From positions 1,240,001 through 1,304,000 of the forward strand of contig NC_045716.1 in the NCBI RefSeq assembly GCF_009834535.1: a stretch of 64,000 nucleotides of DNA, in the 5' to 3' direction. The stretch comes from Camelus ferus. Lineage: Eukaryota. Position numbers and translations under genes: made by a program. Shown here piece by piece: positions 25,627-36,731 of the stretch (position 1 is the stretch's first letter; each line of letters opens with the position of its first letter). The notes beneath the pieces were generated by a model, which had not been told where the DNA came from, ran no database searches, and saw nothing but the letters and a program-made list of their open reading frames with translations.

Positions 25627-26566
25627 CACTTTCATGATGGTATCCAGTGAAACACAAAAGGTTTTAATTTGATGAAGTCCAATTTATATTTTTGTTGTTG
25701 CTTATGCTTTTGGTGTCATATCTGAGAATCCATTGCCAAATACAAAGGCACAGAGACTTACTTCTATGTTTTTTCTAAGAATTTTATAGTTTTATCTCAT
25801 ACATATATCTTACACATTAGATCTTTGATACATTTTAAGTTTTCTATATAGTATGAGGTAGGGGTCCAAATTCACTCTTTTGCACATGGTTATCTAGTTG
25901 TCCCTGCATCATTTGTTAAAAAGACGATTCTTTCCTTTATTGAATTGTCTTGGCAACCTTGTGAAAAATCAGTTGACTACAAATGTAATGGTTTATTGCT
26001 GGATTTTCGATTCTGTTCCATTGATGTCTATGCCAATCCTTATGCTTCACACTAGCTTCTTACATAAGGAGTCCTTCAACTTTGTTATTCTTTTCCAAGA
26101 TCATTTAGGCTATTTTAGGTCCCTTGCATTTCCATAGTGAATTTTGGCATTGGGTTACCACTTTCCACAAAGAAAAAGACAGTTAGGATATTAAATAAGA
26201 AATGCATCAAATCTGTAGATCAACTGAGGGGAGTTCTTCTGTCTTAATAATATAAAGTCTTCTGATTCATGGCCATGGGATATCTTTACATTTGTTTATA
26301 TCTTTTATAATTCTTTGAATAATATTTTATAGTTTTCAGTGTTCAGTGTGCAAGTGTTGCATTCATGTTGTTAATTTTATTCTTAAGTATTTTATTCTTT
26401 TTGATGCTGTGAATTATTTCCTTAATTTCATTTTTAGATTATAAATTGATAAGTGCATAAAAATACAATTGATTTTTGTATGTTGAGCTTGTATCCTACA
26501 ACCTTGCTGAACTCATTTATCAGTTCTAATATTGTGGTGGCTGTGCATGTGTGTGCGTTTTGTGTG

Positions 26567-29269
26567 TGTGTGTTCAGGCCATTCAAGATGGCTGTTCGTC
26601 TGCTCTCTCTACATCTGCTTGACCAGTCTCTGCTTCACTCACGTGACGATCTAATCCTTGTAACTATAGGGCTTGATCAGTCACTGCCTACGTGCTTGCC
26701 CCGCCCCAGCAGCTGGCTTCCCTGGTGACTGACGAGCCAACGTGATGTTAATTCCCCCTATAGATGATAGCCTTCTCCCAGAGTAGTGAGGATTGCTGCC
26801 ATGTCCTGCCTGTTTGCTGCACACAGTGGGGTGTTGCTCTGGGACCACTTGCTTCAGGCTTGTAAGGTTCCCCCCCGTCCAATAAACCACTAATGACTCC
26901 AGGCTCTTCCTTCAGTCTCCAGGCTGGGCAGTTAGACGGCTCGAGGCCTGCAGGGTGCAGCCCATCAATGTTGAGCCAGCCAGGAGGGTGAGGAAGCTCC
27001 CCGTGAGTGCCCAGACGTTGGGAAATACGGACCGGGAAGGAGAAGCTGCAGGGGTGATCCTGAGGTGGCCGTCTGCTAGCATGTGGGGCTCCGTAGCTGC
27101 AGTCCTTGATGATTGGGGCTGTTAAGAGAGCCCAGGTGTTCATGGCCTGTCCAAATTGCAGCCCCAAGGTGTGATACCCCACCAAGAGCACTGGTGAAGA
27201 AGAGGAGGAAGATTGGGAAAAAGTCATAGATGTCCCTGTCCCACAGGGTACAGATGAATGGCTCCCTCTCCCAGATTGGAGGCAGCTGACCACCAGGAGA
27301 GATGGCTTCCTTTGCCATTATACTGATGATATCCTGTTAGCCTCAGAGTCTCATTCCAGTTTAAAAGTAGCAGCCCCATGCCCGTGGCTCATCTGACTGC
27401 ACAGGGCTGGCTGGTGAATACTGACAAAATGCAAGGACCTGGATTTTGTAATGTGTTCCAGCCCCAAGCAATTAGACACAGCCTTTAGGGATATTAATTC
27501 AGGGACAGGCTTGTTAATTGGATGTGGCCAATTACCCAGAAGGGTTTGGCCACAGAAAAATAATAAGAGTACCCCTGGGCTCTGGTCCCAGCTCTGGAAG
27601 CGGGCAGAGCAACGATATGGTGTGATGGGACAACAGCTGTGTGCAGTCTGTGATGTGTTACAGCAGGTGAGAGACACTACAGGCCGCTCAGCAGAGTCGT
27701 CGAGCAAAGCAGAAGACCGCCATCTGGGGTCTAGAACAGCTGTGCAGGAAATACAGGACCCCCATGGACAGAGAGAGCAAACGAGGAACCCACTTTACCG
27801 GCCACAAAGTTCAGAAATGGGTCTATAAAAATGGCACGCACCGGCATTTCCACCTGCCCAATAATCCCACTGCTCGCTGGCTAACTGAAAGGATGAATGG
27901 GTGGACTGTCTAAACCGCAGCTGAGACGGGAAGCCCGCTCTCTCAGTGTGTGGACCAGGAGGCGGACTGTAGCCCTACGAGCTGTAACTGAACACCCCGG
28001 GAGCAGTCGTCCCAGTGCCTGTGCCATGTTAACCCACAGGCAGCTGGTCGACACCATCCAAGTTCAACTGGTGACCACCCAAGGACATTGCCAGCTATCA
28101 GTCAGGACAGTAACTCACTGTTGGCCTTGTCTCAGGATCTACCCCCAGGGGGCACACATTGTAAAATGGCCCGGGGCCTGGCAGGGTAAGGCCCTGGTGC
28201 TCAGAGTTTGCCACCACGTGCGGAATAGGATTTAAGAGGGGCTTAGAGATTTCACCTGTCTTCTGCCTGGCCCCGCTGCATGGCCCCACTGAAGCCTGTG
28301 AAGGCAATCCATCAGGGCCCCGACTGGGGAAAGGCGCCATTACACTAGCCTCGGAGTCGTATCACCTCTCCAGTGTTAGGTGCCTGCCGTGGGGGCCGAG
28401 GGTGGAGCAGGGGCCTGACCCTCAGGCCAGGACAGGAACCGCGGCGGGGTGGTACGTCTCAGGGTGTGGTGCTGCTCGCGTTTTGCTTGATGGTCACGCC
28501 CTCCCCCGTACTGTGCCTATCAGGACATCTCACATCCCCTCTCCAGCCTGAGTAGGGGTGTCTGTTCGCAGACTGGGCAACAGTGGTGGCCCCGCTGTGC
28601 AATGAGTCTGATTGCTGGGTCTGCAGCGAGATGCCGTGGACAGCTGGCCCGGCCAGCGTGACCACGCAGGGATGACTGAAGGCTCCCACCTTCTCTGTCC
28701 CCCATGCCAAGTACCCGGCTTCCTCTTGATCCTCTTTAGCTGCTGGTGTCTGTCTTGCCTTTGTGGTACTCGGTTACAGTGCACTTCTACACACCTGACC
28801 CCAGGGAGATCGTGGAAGAGGGGTGACCATGGCCAGGATCCTAAGGAACAGGCAGAGTATGTAGGGGTGGAGTGTGTGGTCAGGCCATTCAAGATGGCTG
28901 TCCTCTTGCTCTCTGCTCATCCTCTGCTCGACCAGACCCCGCTTCACTCACATGACTTATCCAACCCTCGTAATTATAGGGCTTAATCACTCACGGCCTA
29001 CGTGCTTGCCCCGCCCCAGCCACTGGTTTCCCTGGTAACTGATGGGCCAACCTGATGTCAATTGCTCCTGTAAATTGTGGCCTCCTGCTCCCTGAGAGGC
29101 GAAGGTTGCTGCCATGTCCTGCCCGCTGGCTGCTGTGCTCAGTGGGGTGTTGCTCCAGGACCTTCTGCTTGGATGTATAAGATCCCTTATCCAGTAAACT
29201 GTTGATTGTCTCTGTCGGCTGTCACTAGGTCATTACAAGGCTTGCCAGCCTGCAAGGGACAGCTCAACG
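26567..29269 (+). mobile_element. Internally deleted class III (ERV-L-like) provirus: 5' LTR about 26567-26967, PBS 26969-26986, pol remnants, PPT, 3' LTR about 28873-29269
   Basis: Two homologous LTRs (caggccattcaagatggctgt...); PBS tgttgagccagccaggag is 16/18 complementary to tRNA-Arg(ACG); RT HYTDDILL (27316) and GWLVNTDKMQGPG; IN RGTHFTGHKVQKW...FHLPNNPT...ERMNG (27782-27901); purine tract aggggtggag before the 3' LTR. Confidence 0.9.
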
Positions 29270-29559
29270 GTGTGTGTATCCCTTAATCTTGTGTGTAGAA
29301 AACCCTGTGTCATCTGTGAATGTAATTGTGGTACTTCGTCTTCCAACCTGAGTATCATTTGTTTGCCTAATTAAGTTATGCTGGCTAGATCCTCAAGTGC
29401 AATGTTGGACAGAAGAGGGAAAAGTGGACGTCCTTGGACGTCCTTGGTCTGTTCTTGATGCTCAAGGGAAGCATTCAGCCCTTCACCATGAAGTATGATA
29501 CTGGGGTTTCACTGATGGCTTTGATTGGGTTGAGTGTTTTTATCATGAAAGGCTGATGG

Positions 29560-29890
29560 AGTCCTAGTTTGGGCTGCTGTAAAAATTACCATAGACCAGG
29601 TAGCTTAAACAACAGGTGTGTCTCACAGTTCCGGGGGCTGGGGAATCCCAGAGAAGGGTGCCAGCGTGGCTGGGTGATGGAGAGAGACGTCCTCCTGGCT
29701 GGTAGACGCTGTCTTCTTTCTGTGCCCTCGTACAGCAGACAGCAGAGAGGAGGGAGAGCGAGCTCTCCTGTCTCTTTCTAGAAGGGCACTAATCCTGTTT
29801 ACGAGACACCCACCCTCATGACCCAAGGCCCCACCTGCTAACACCATCACACGTGAGCTTGGGGGAGGACAAACATTTAGTCCCTATACA
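29560..29890 (-). mobile_element. MLT1A/B-like MaLR solo LTR
   Basis: Reverse-complement MLT1 termini (gtcctagtttgggctgctgtaa ... aaacatttagtccctataca); candidate 5-bp TSD gatgg/gttgg. Confidence 0.8.
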
Positions 29891-30548
29891 GTTGGGTTTT
29901 GTCTTTTTTTGTTTCTATCTTGTGATTTGTCAATAATGATAGAGCACTTTCTTTTTTACATGTGAAACCAGCCTTACAATCCTGGGATAAATCCCACGTG
30001 GTCACGGTGCATAAGNNNNNNNNNNNNNNNNNNNNNNNNNNNNNNNNNNNNNNNNNNNNNNNNNNNNNNNNNNNNNNNNNNNNNNNNNNNNNNNNNNNNN
30101 NNNNNNNNNNNNNNNNNNNNNNNNNNNNNNNNNNNNNNNNNNNNNNNNNNNNNNNNNTTGGGACGTGTTCCCTCTTCCATTTTTGGTAAGCGTTTATGAA
30201 AGGTTGTTAATTCTTTAAATGTCTGGCAATATTCTTTAGTGAATCTGTCTGTTCCTGGACCATGTTGTGGGAAATTTTTTTTCACTAATTCAACCTCCTT
30301 ACTTGTTATAGGTGTATTCAGATCAGAATATCTATTTCTTGAATCAGTTTCTATCTTTCGTCTTCACAAAGCGCACCATGCTACCACAACGCCTGAGCCC
30401 CGAGGAGCTCCTCGGAGATAACGGGGAGACTCGGGCGCCCTTCTCAGTGTGTAGAAACGCTCTGGGAAGATGCAGAGCACCCCCTCTTCTGACTTCTGTG
30501 GTGCGGACCTCTCAACTTGCTGATTTCCAGACGTGTTCTGTCCTGCAG

Positions 30549-30681
30549 GGCACTCAACACAAGCCAGCTGAAGGCCCTGAATATCGAAATGCTGCCTGGA
30601 TATCGTGATCCCTACTCGTCCAGGCCTCTCACCAGGGGTGAGATCGGCTGCTTCCTTAGCCACTACTCTGTCTGGAAAGAG
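30549..30681 (+). CDS. COLGALT2: COLGALT2 coding exon (exon 9), [44 protein letters not shown]
   Basis: ctgcag|GGCA ... GAG|gtaaac; 133 nt; GT25 GEIGCFLSH motif. Confidence 0.97.
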
Positions 30682-31284
30682 GTAAACGATGCTTCATTCA
30701 GATGTGCAGTTGTGTGATGAAGAAGAAGGAGAGTGGGACTTTGTAGGTGAATTAGGGCCAGATATAAAGTGAACAGCTTCCCAGCTGTTCTGGGAGTATG
30801 CTGGGAAGCTGGTGTTCCCTCGTGTCCCTTCTGACACCAGACTAGTGACAAGCAGGGAGGGGTAGCTTTGGTGCCACGTGGGACTGATGGCTGGGGACGA
30901 CGCTCATGTTCCGGGGGCCACACTCATGCTGATGCGTCCTCACCCTTAGTAGGAATGCCTTGTGTGTATCTAGCATGTCATCGGTTATTAAGTGATTCAA
31001 CACAGGAAGCCACCCAGAAGCCGCGTGAGGTGGGTGGCAGGGGGATGGGCCCATTCTACCCAAGAGAAAATAAATAAATATCTTGCCCAGGCAAGAAGTG
31101 GCAGAGCCAGGACTTGAACCCATGCCTTACAGATCAGACATTGATGGGGGTGGTACTGAAGGTGGGGGGTTCTAGACTAAGGGTCAGTTCCCACAAGAAA
31201 ACAGTCCCCAGAGAAAGGCCCCTTGAAAGGGCCTTCTCTTAATGATCCAGTCTATGCCCGTCTTCTTTATTCTTCACACTTTAC

Positions 31285-31745
31285 ATGAAATTTTATAGAC
31301 AGAAGTATACGGAACATAAGGTGCAGGCCAGTGAAATTTCACAAGTTAAGCAGCACGACCACGTTAACCAGCACGTGGCTCACGTGGCAGGTCACTGGCA
31401 GGTCACCGGCAGGTCACCAGCACCCAGAAGCTCGTCTCCCCTCTGTGTTTCTTTCAGGCCATCAGTCCCCAGGGGTGATCACTGTCTTGGCTTCTAACAG
31501 CACAGAATAGTTTTGTCCACTTTTGTCCACTTCCTATATGAATAGGGACTGTATGGCACATAGAATCTCTCAGACATTATGAGATTCGTCCATGATGCTG
31601 CGTTTAATTGCAGATCCGTTCCTCGCACTGCTGTGAATGTGCCAGTTTATCTGCCTGTCCTCCTGTGACGGCATCTGCTTGGGCTCCAGCTCTGAGCTCT
31701 AACACGCTGCGCCACCACACACTCAACTGTTCAATACTTGTTAAA
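31285..31745 (-). mobile_element. Old L1 (L1ME/MB-like) 3' fragment
   Basis: Antisense L1 3' UTR motifs (agtgaaatttcacaag, cagaagctcgtctcccc, tgagattcgtccatgatg). Confidence 0.6.
31372..31416 (+). promoter_or_regulatory. Two CACGTG E-boxes followed by three AGGTCA half-sites at DR5 spacing
   Basis: CACGTG at 31372 and 31381; AGGTCA at 31389, 31400 and 31411 with 5-nt spacers. Function not shown. Confidence 0.35.
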
Positions 31746-31797
31746 TAAAGAACAGGTGCCAAGCTTCTCACAGTACGTCCTCTGATGCCCTTCACAG

Positions 31798-31925
31798 GTG
31801 ATTGACCGAGAGCTGGAGAAGGCCCTTGTCATTGAGGACGACGTGCGTTTTGAACATCAGTTTAAGAAGAAACTGATGACGCTGATGGATGACATTGACC
31901 GGGCTCAGCTGGACTGGGAACTGAT
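31798..31925 (+). CDS. COLGALT2: COLGALT2 coding exon (exon 10), VIDRELEKALVIEDDVRF...DWELI
   Basis: ttcacag|GTG ... CTGAT|gtgagt; 128 nt; contains the acidic EDD motif typical of GT25. Confidence 0.97.
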
Positions 31926-33439
31926 GTGAGTGACAAGAAGAGCTTCTCAAGGAGCACTGGGGGCTTTCGGTTCTTTCCGAGGGGCAGAGTGCCTCCTCTC
32001 CCCAGCGCGTAGAAGATACGGCTCAAGCTTCCATTTTCCTGGTTTTCCTCCATAAATGTTCCCAGATACAAGAAGTGAGTGGAGGAGAGCTTCCGGTTTT
32101 TGCATGTCTATGTGCTGCAGGGTGAGAAGCTATGGGAGATTCTCTGAGACGTAGGGTCTGGCTGCAGATCGAGGGCCTTCAGGCTCAGCGCTCACCTGGG
32201 AACACAGCAGAAGTGGTACATGGTGGGAGTGTGTGGAGGGAGGAGGGGGCGTTCGTTCAAGGGCAAGGGTCCTGTGTCACCCTTAAGCCTCAGCTCCCAG
32301 GTGGACGGGTTTCCTCTGCAGCCCCTGATGGTGTGGGAGGTTTGGAAAGTCAGCGGGTGTGCTCCTGTTGGGGAGGGAGGCTGCCCAACAGGACAGAACG
32401 CTGACAGCTGGGTTTGAGGGGTCAGAGGCTGTCTTCGGAAAGCCAGGCTCACCAAGGGAGCACTGGCTCTGAGCCGACATTTAGTTAATGCTCGTTGCCT
32501 GCTACCTTGGGAACTGAGCTTTCTCTCTCTCTCTCTCATTTTCTTTTTACACTAAAATAACACTTTTTACTTCTCTCCAGTGAAGCAGAAAGTTCCCAAG
32601 CGTGATGTGCACTTCCCAGCTGTGTGTCAAAGGCAGTTTCATCAGACCAGGGGCTGTTCCTTTGCAGCAGCTGCAGGAGACAGGCTGTCCCTGCCCCTCC
32701 CATCCTCAGAGGGACACTTAGCTGTGGGCCCAGGTGGAATGTTTGTTCTCTTAGAAAATGTGCCATTCTGAGCTTGAAAGGAACCTAGGAATGGCTCAAC
32801 TAACCCATGGGAAGTAGACCCAGAAATCGGTACTAAGTGATTTAAAAGACTGGCTCCCTGTCAGGTACCAGTCATGTGATTAGATTCTGTACTAGGATCT
32901 CTTAAGGTCATTGTTCCTATAATCCTCCAGAATCCTCTGCTCGTCAGCCTGTGGTTCAGGCCTCACAGGCATGGAGCCGGGCAGCTAGTCTATGCCTCCA
33001 TGACATGCACAGAGGCCTTGGAATCACAGAGGGCTGGGCTCGGGGAGTCTGAGGCTTGGGATCGACACATGCCCCTGTTCACTTGTAGTTTCTCTGATAC
33101 ATTTCCCGGGACAGGGTACCAGCAGATCCAAGAAAGAAGAATGATCGTCCTGATAAAGATACAGGGGGAAAAAAGATGTTTTCCAGACTTGATCTATCAC
33201 ACTGAGATCTATTATAGACTCATCAAGAATTATAGTGGCTTCAGACTGCTCACATCTCACTTTCTAAAATGAATAAAACAAATATTACTTAAATTCAGAA
33301 TGTGAAAGCGGACAGGCTGTCCATGGCTGCTGTATTGGGTTTCTTCAGAGAAAGGAAGTTGTAAAAAGGGAGAAAAGAGCAAGTCATTATTTAGGGCAGC
33401 GCGTCCAGCAGAAGTGTAACGTGACCCACCTAACGCTTC

Positions 33440-33765
33440 CGATTTTCTAGTGATCTTGTTGAAAAGATAAAAATGAGTGGAATTAACTTTAATAATTATA
33501 TTTAACCCAACATATCCAAATTATTTTAATATGTAAGCAGTATTTTACGACTATTAATGAGAGAGTCCATGTTCTTTTTTCATCCTGTCTTCAAAATCCA
33601 GTGTGTATTTTGCAGATACAACACATTCTCCATCCAGATAAATTTTCAGCTGTTGAAGTAACCTGTGGTCCTGCCAAAATATAATAGTACATCTTGTGTA
33701 GTGGAAAAAAATATTTTATACATCTTCAATTTTTCAATTAAAATTTAAATTTAGTAAAATCAGTA
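33440..33765. mobile_element. MER3/MER33-like hAT-Charlie remnant
   Basis: Motifs aattaactttaataat-atatttaacccaacatatccaa and ttcaaaatccagtgtgtattt. Confidence 0.5.
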
Positions 33766-34801
33766 AACTGAGTACAAACCCCCATCCCTCAGCCACTCTG
33801 GCCGCATCTCAAGTGTTGAGTAGAATTTTCTCTTGCACTTTGTATAAGAGAGAAATCCAGGCTCTTGGGTCCTGAGGAGACAGTGGCTGGGAGGCCGATG
33901 TGTTTGTCCTCAGAAGGACTGAAGGTGAACACAGACTTGTTCTGCAAATCCTGGGATGTTTCGGCAAGAGGGATCCCTTGAGTATTGAAAGAGATAGTTT
34001 CAGGCAAAACAGAGGAAGTCAGCTTTATCGAGTGAGCGGGGAGCGGATGTCCTCAGCTTGCTCCAGACAAGTGGAAGCGACTAGGTTCCAGACACAGTGA
34101 TGCGCTGCAGATGCATGACGGGGCTAGGGAAGGTGGGAAGGCTGAGGGCACCTCCTGTGTTACAGAAGTTGTTTGTGAACGACAGGACACGCCTGGGGAC
34201 AGAGCACCCAGGAGGAAGCGTGGGCACGGCTTGGGGAAGGGGAGAAGGCCCACAGGTGTTGTCATGCCTTATGCCCCCCCCCAACTCCCGAGGAAACCCC
34301 CTTGGGCCCCTCTTGGGTTCCGACCTCCTTTACTGCAGGCTGTGTCTTCCCCACGGCCTCTTCTGTGGTATGTTTACCACCAGCATTTGGAGAGCTGTGC
34401 AGGAAATACTGAAGGCGAAAACTCTGGGGACTCAAAAGCAAACTCCAGATTCTCACATCTGGCCGTTTTTGTCCCCTTCCAACCTCTGTGAGCGCAGCTG
34501 GAAGTCCCATACTGTCTTTGAGAAGTGATCTCAAAGTTTCTTTTAAATCTCTCTACATCTCAACAGTCAGGCTTGAATAGTCTGCCAGGCAAAAATAGCT
34601 GGGGTGTTGATAAGGGCAACCAGCGAAATGGGCCCACTGCTGGCCGACGACAGCCATGGTTGACGTGATGTGTCTCCGTGTGATGCGTTCAGTATGCGAC
34701 ACACTTGGTCCAGGCTTTCACAAGTGTGTGCAAAGCTGTGATCTGTTCTCGTGGATGTCTCGTACTTGAACTGGAATCTCCCCCCGCCCACCTCCTTTTA
34801 G

Positions 34802-35008
34802 CTACATTGGCAGGAAGAGGATGCAAGTGAAAGGGCCAGAGAAAGCCGTGCCCCACGTGGCGCATCTGGTTGAAGCCGACTACTCCTACTGGACGCTGGG
34901 CTACGCCATCTCCCTGGAGGGAGCGCAGAAGCTGGTCGGAGCCAATCCGTTTGGGAAGATGCTGCCGGTGGATGAGTTCCTGCCGATCATGTACAACAAG
35001 CACCCTGT
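34802..35008 (+). CDS. COLGALT2: COLGALT2 coding exon (exon 11), [10 protein letters not shown]...MYNKHPV
   Basis: ttttag|CTAC ... CCTGT|gtgagt; 207 nt; YSYWTLGY motif. Confidence 0.97.
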
Positions 35009-36454
35009 GTGAGTCGCCCTGAGCTGCCCGCCTGTCCCTCTGAGCACAGCCCACTTGTGAATTACGCTACTTGGCTTCTGGGTAACGCTTGGCATTTTTA
35101 AAGGGGTGCTGCCTTCCCAAATGATCTTTCCACAGTCGTGACCCAGAGAGGCTGACGTGAGTGATCATCCCCTTTTCCAGACGGGGAAGAAGAGGCAGGA
35201 GTCACGAGTCCTGCGTAGGAGTCCTCTTTGACCCCCAGTGGGTCGTTTAACTGGACGTAATCTGCTCAGTCTTCTCCTCCTTCCTTACTTCCGTAAATCC
35301 ATACCCTCAAGGTGAAGGTTGTCTTCCTAAGCACCTCAGATTTTTCAGCGCGTTTCTTAGTCCATTGTGTGTGCTGTTGGCCAGGCGGTGGCCCACAAGC
35401 TAGTTGGGAACCCAGATCGTGAACAGTCACCGTGATGTACTGTGATGTCTGCGATCGCAGATGCGTTAGAGGCTCAGGGAGAGAGGAGGTGGCCCCTGAG
35501 CAGGGAGTCCATACAAGAAGGCAGTGTGGCGCTCGGGTTCCCGAAGCCCAGGCGTTCACTCTGACCTAACGCTTCTCAAGGACGTGGGGACTGATGATCT
35601 GGTGTCACTCTCCCCACTAACCGGTGAGCCCCTGAGGCAGGAACAGTCTTTTATCTCTGTGTCCGTAGAGCTTAGTCCAAACTCTACACAGAACAGCAGC
35701 TCAATCAGTGCTTCCTAAATTCATTAATGGAGCAGGAAACCGAGTTCTGACCTCGGCTGCTTCTCTCAGTTGCTGGGCGATCTCCTCATGAGATGGTCTT
35801 CATTTTGCAGTTGAGCTGTCCTGTCCTGCATCTTCCTCACTTGGTCTCCCGTCCTCAGTCAAGATGGACAACATGTGGGAGACTGACTTTTATCTCTGCG
35901 ACCCAGCAGAAACATGGAGGTCAACCCTCATCCCCTTAACAGAGAGGAAGTTAAGACCAGCGGTGCCCTCACTGGCCAGCAGCCGAGCAGCTGTCGCCCC
36001 GTATAATCTGCACGGGAGCCCTGACAGGGAGGCCAGGTCCTCCCTCCCCTTCCCCCTCGCAGGCATCCTCCAAGCCTGCACCGCGCACTCACCCCACCGC
36101 TGCCGTCCGGCTCCCAGCCGTCTGACTGATTACTCCAGGAACAGGGCATTTCTACAAAGTGGTCACACTTATTTATCATGATGGTCCAACAGAGCATACG
36201 TTTTTAGAGTAAGACCCGAAATTCATTTTTTAAACTAGTCTATCCAAATACAGCAGAGGTTACCTGGCCCTTTTTGTGTGTATTTGTTTAGATCATTTGA
36301 AAGCTTTTAAAGAAGACTGTGTGGTGTTTATAGATGAAGGTTTTCCACAAAGAACACAACTTAAACAATCAAATGAATCCACAAGCATGTAAGAGGTGAC
36401 AGGCAGGGCTCTTTCTTCCTGCTGTGCAAGCACGCCTTCCTCTCTCGTTCTCAG

Positions 36455-36731
36455 AGCCGAGTACATGGAGCATTACGAGTCCAGAGACTTGAAAGCCTTC
36501 TCCGCAGAACCGCTGCTCATCTACCCGACACACTACACAGGCCAGCCGGGGTATCTGAGCGACACGGAGACCTCCACCATCTGGGACAATGAGACGGTGG
36601 CCACTGACTGGGACAGGACACATGCCTGGAAGTCCCGGAAGCAAGCTCACATCCCCCGCGGTGGCAAGAACACAGAGGCCCTGCCACCACCAACCTCCCT
36701 GGACACTGTGCCTTCAAAAGATGAGCTATGA
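36455..36731 (+). CDS. COLGALT2: COLGALT2 terminal coding exon (exon 12), AEYMEHYESRDL...TVPSKDEL-stop
   Basis: ctcag|AGCC; TGA at 36729-36731; C-terminal ER-retrieval motif KDEL. Confidence 0.97.

Larger units (their letters stand above)
24110..30357 (-). mobile_element. Old L1M element (ORF2 incl. RT region), interrupted by a younger L1, an ERV and an MLT1
   Basis: Collinear antisense L1 ORF2 sequence at 24110-24187, 25627-26560, 29270-29559 and 29891-30357; peptide HRDHVGFIPG and FTKEYCQTFKEL. Confidence 0.8.
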
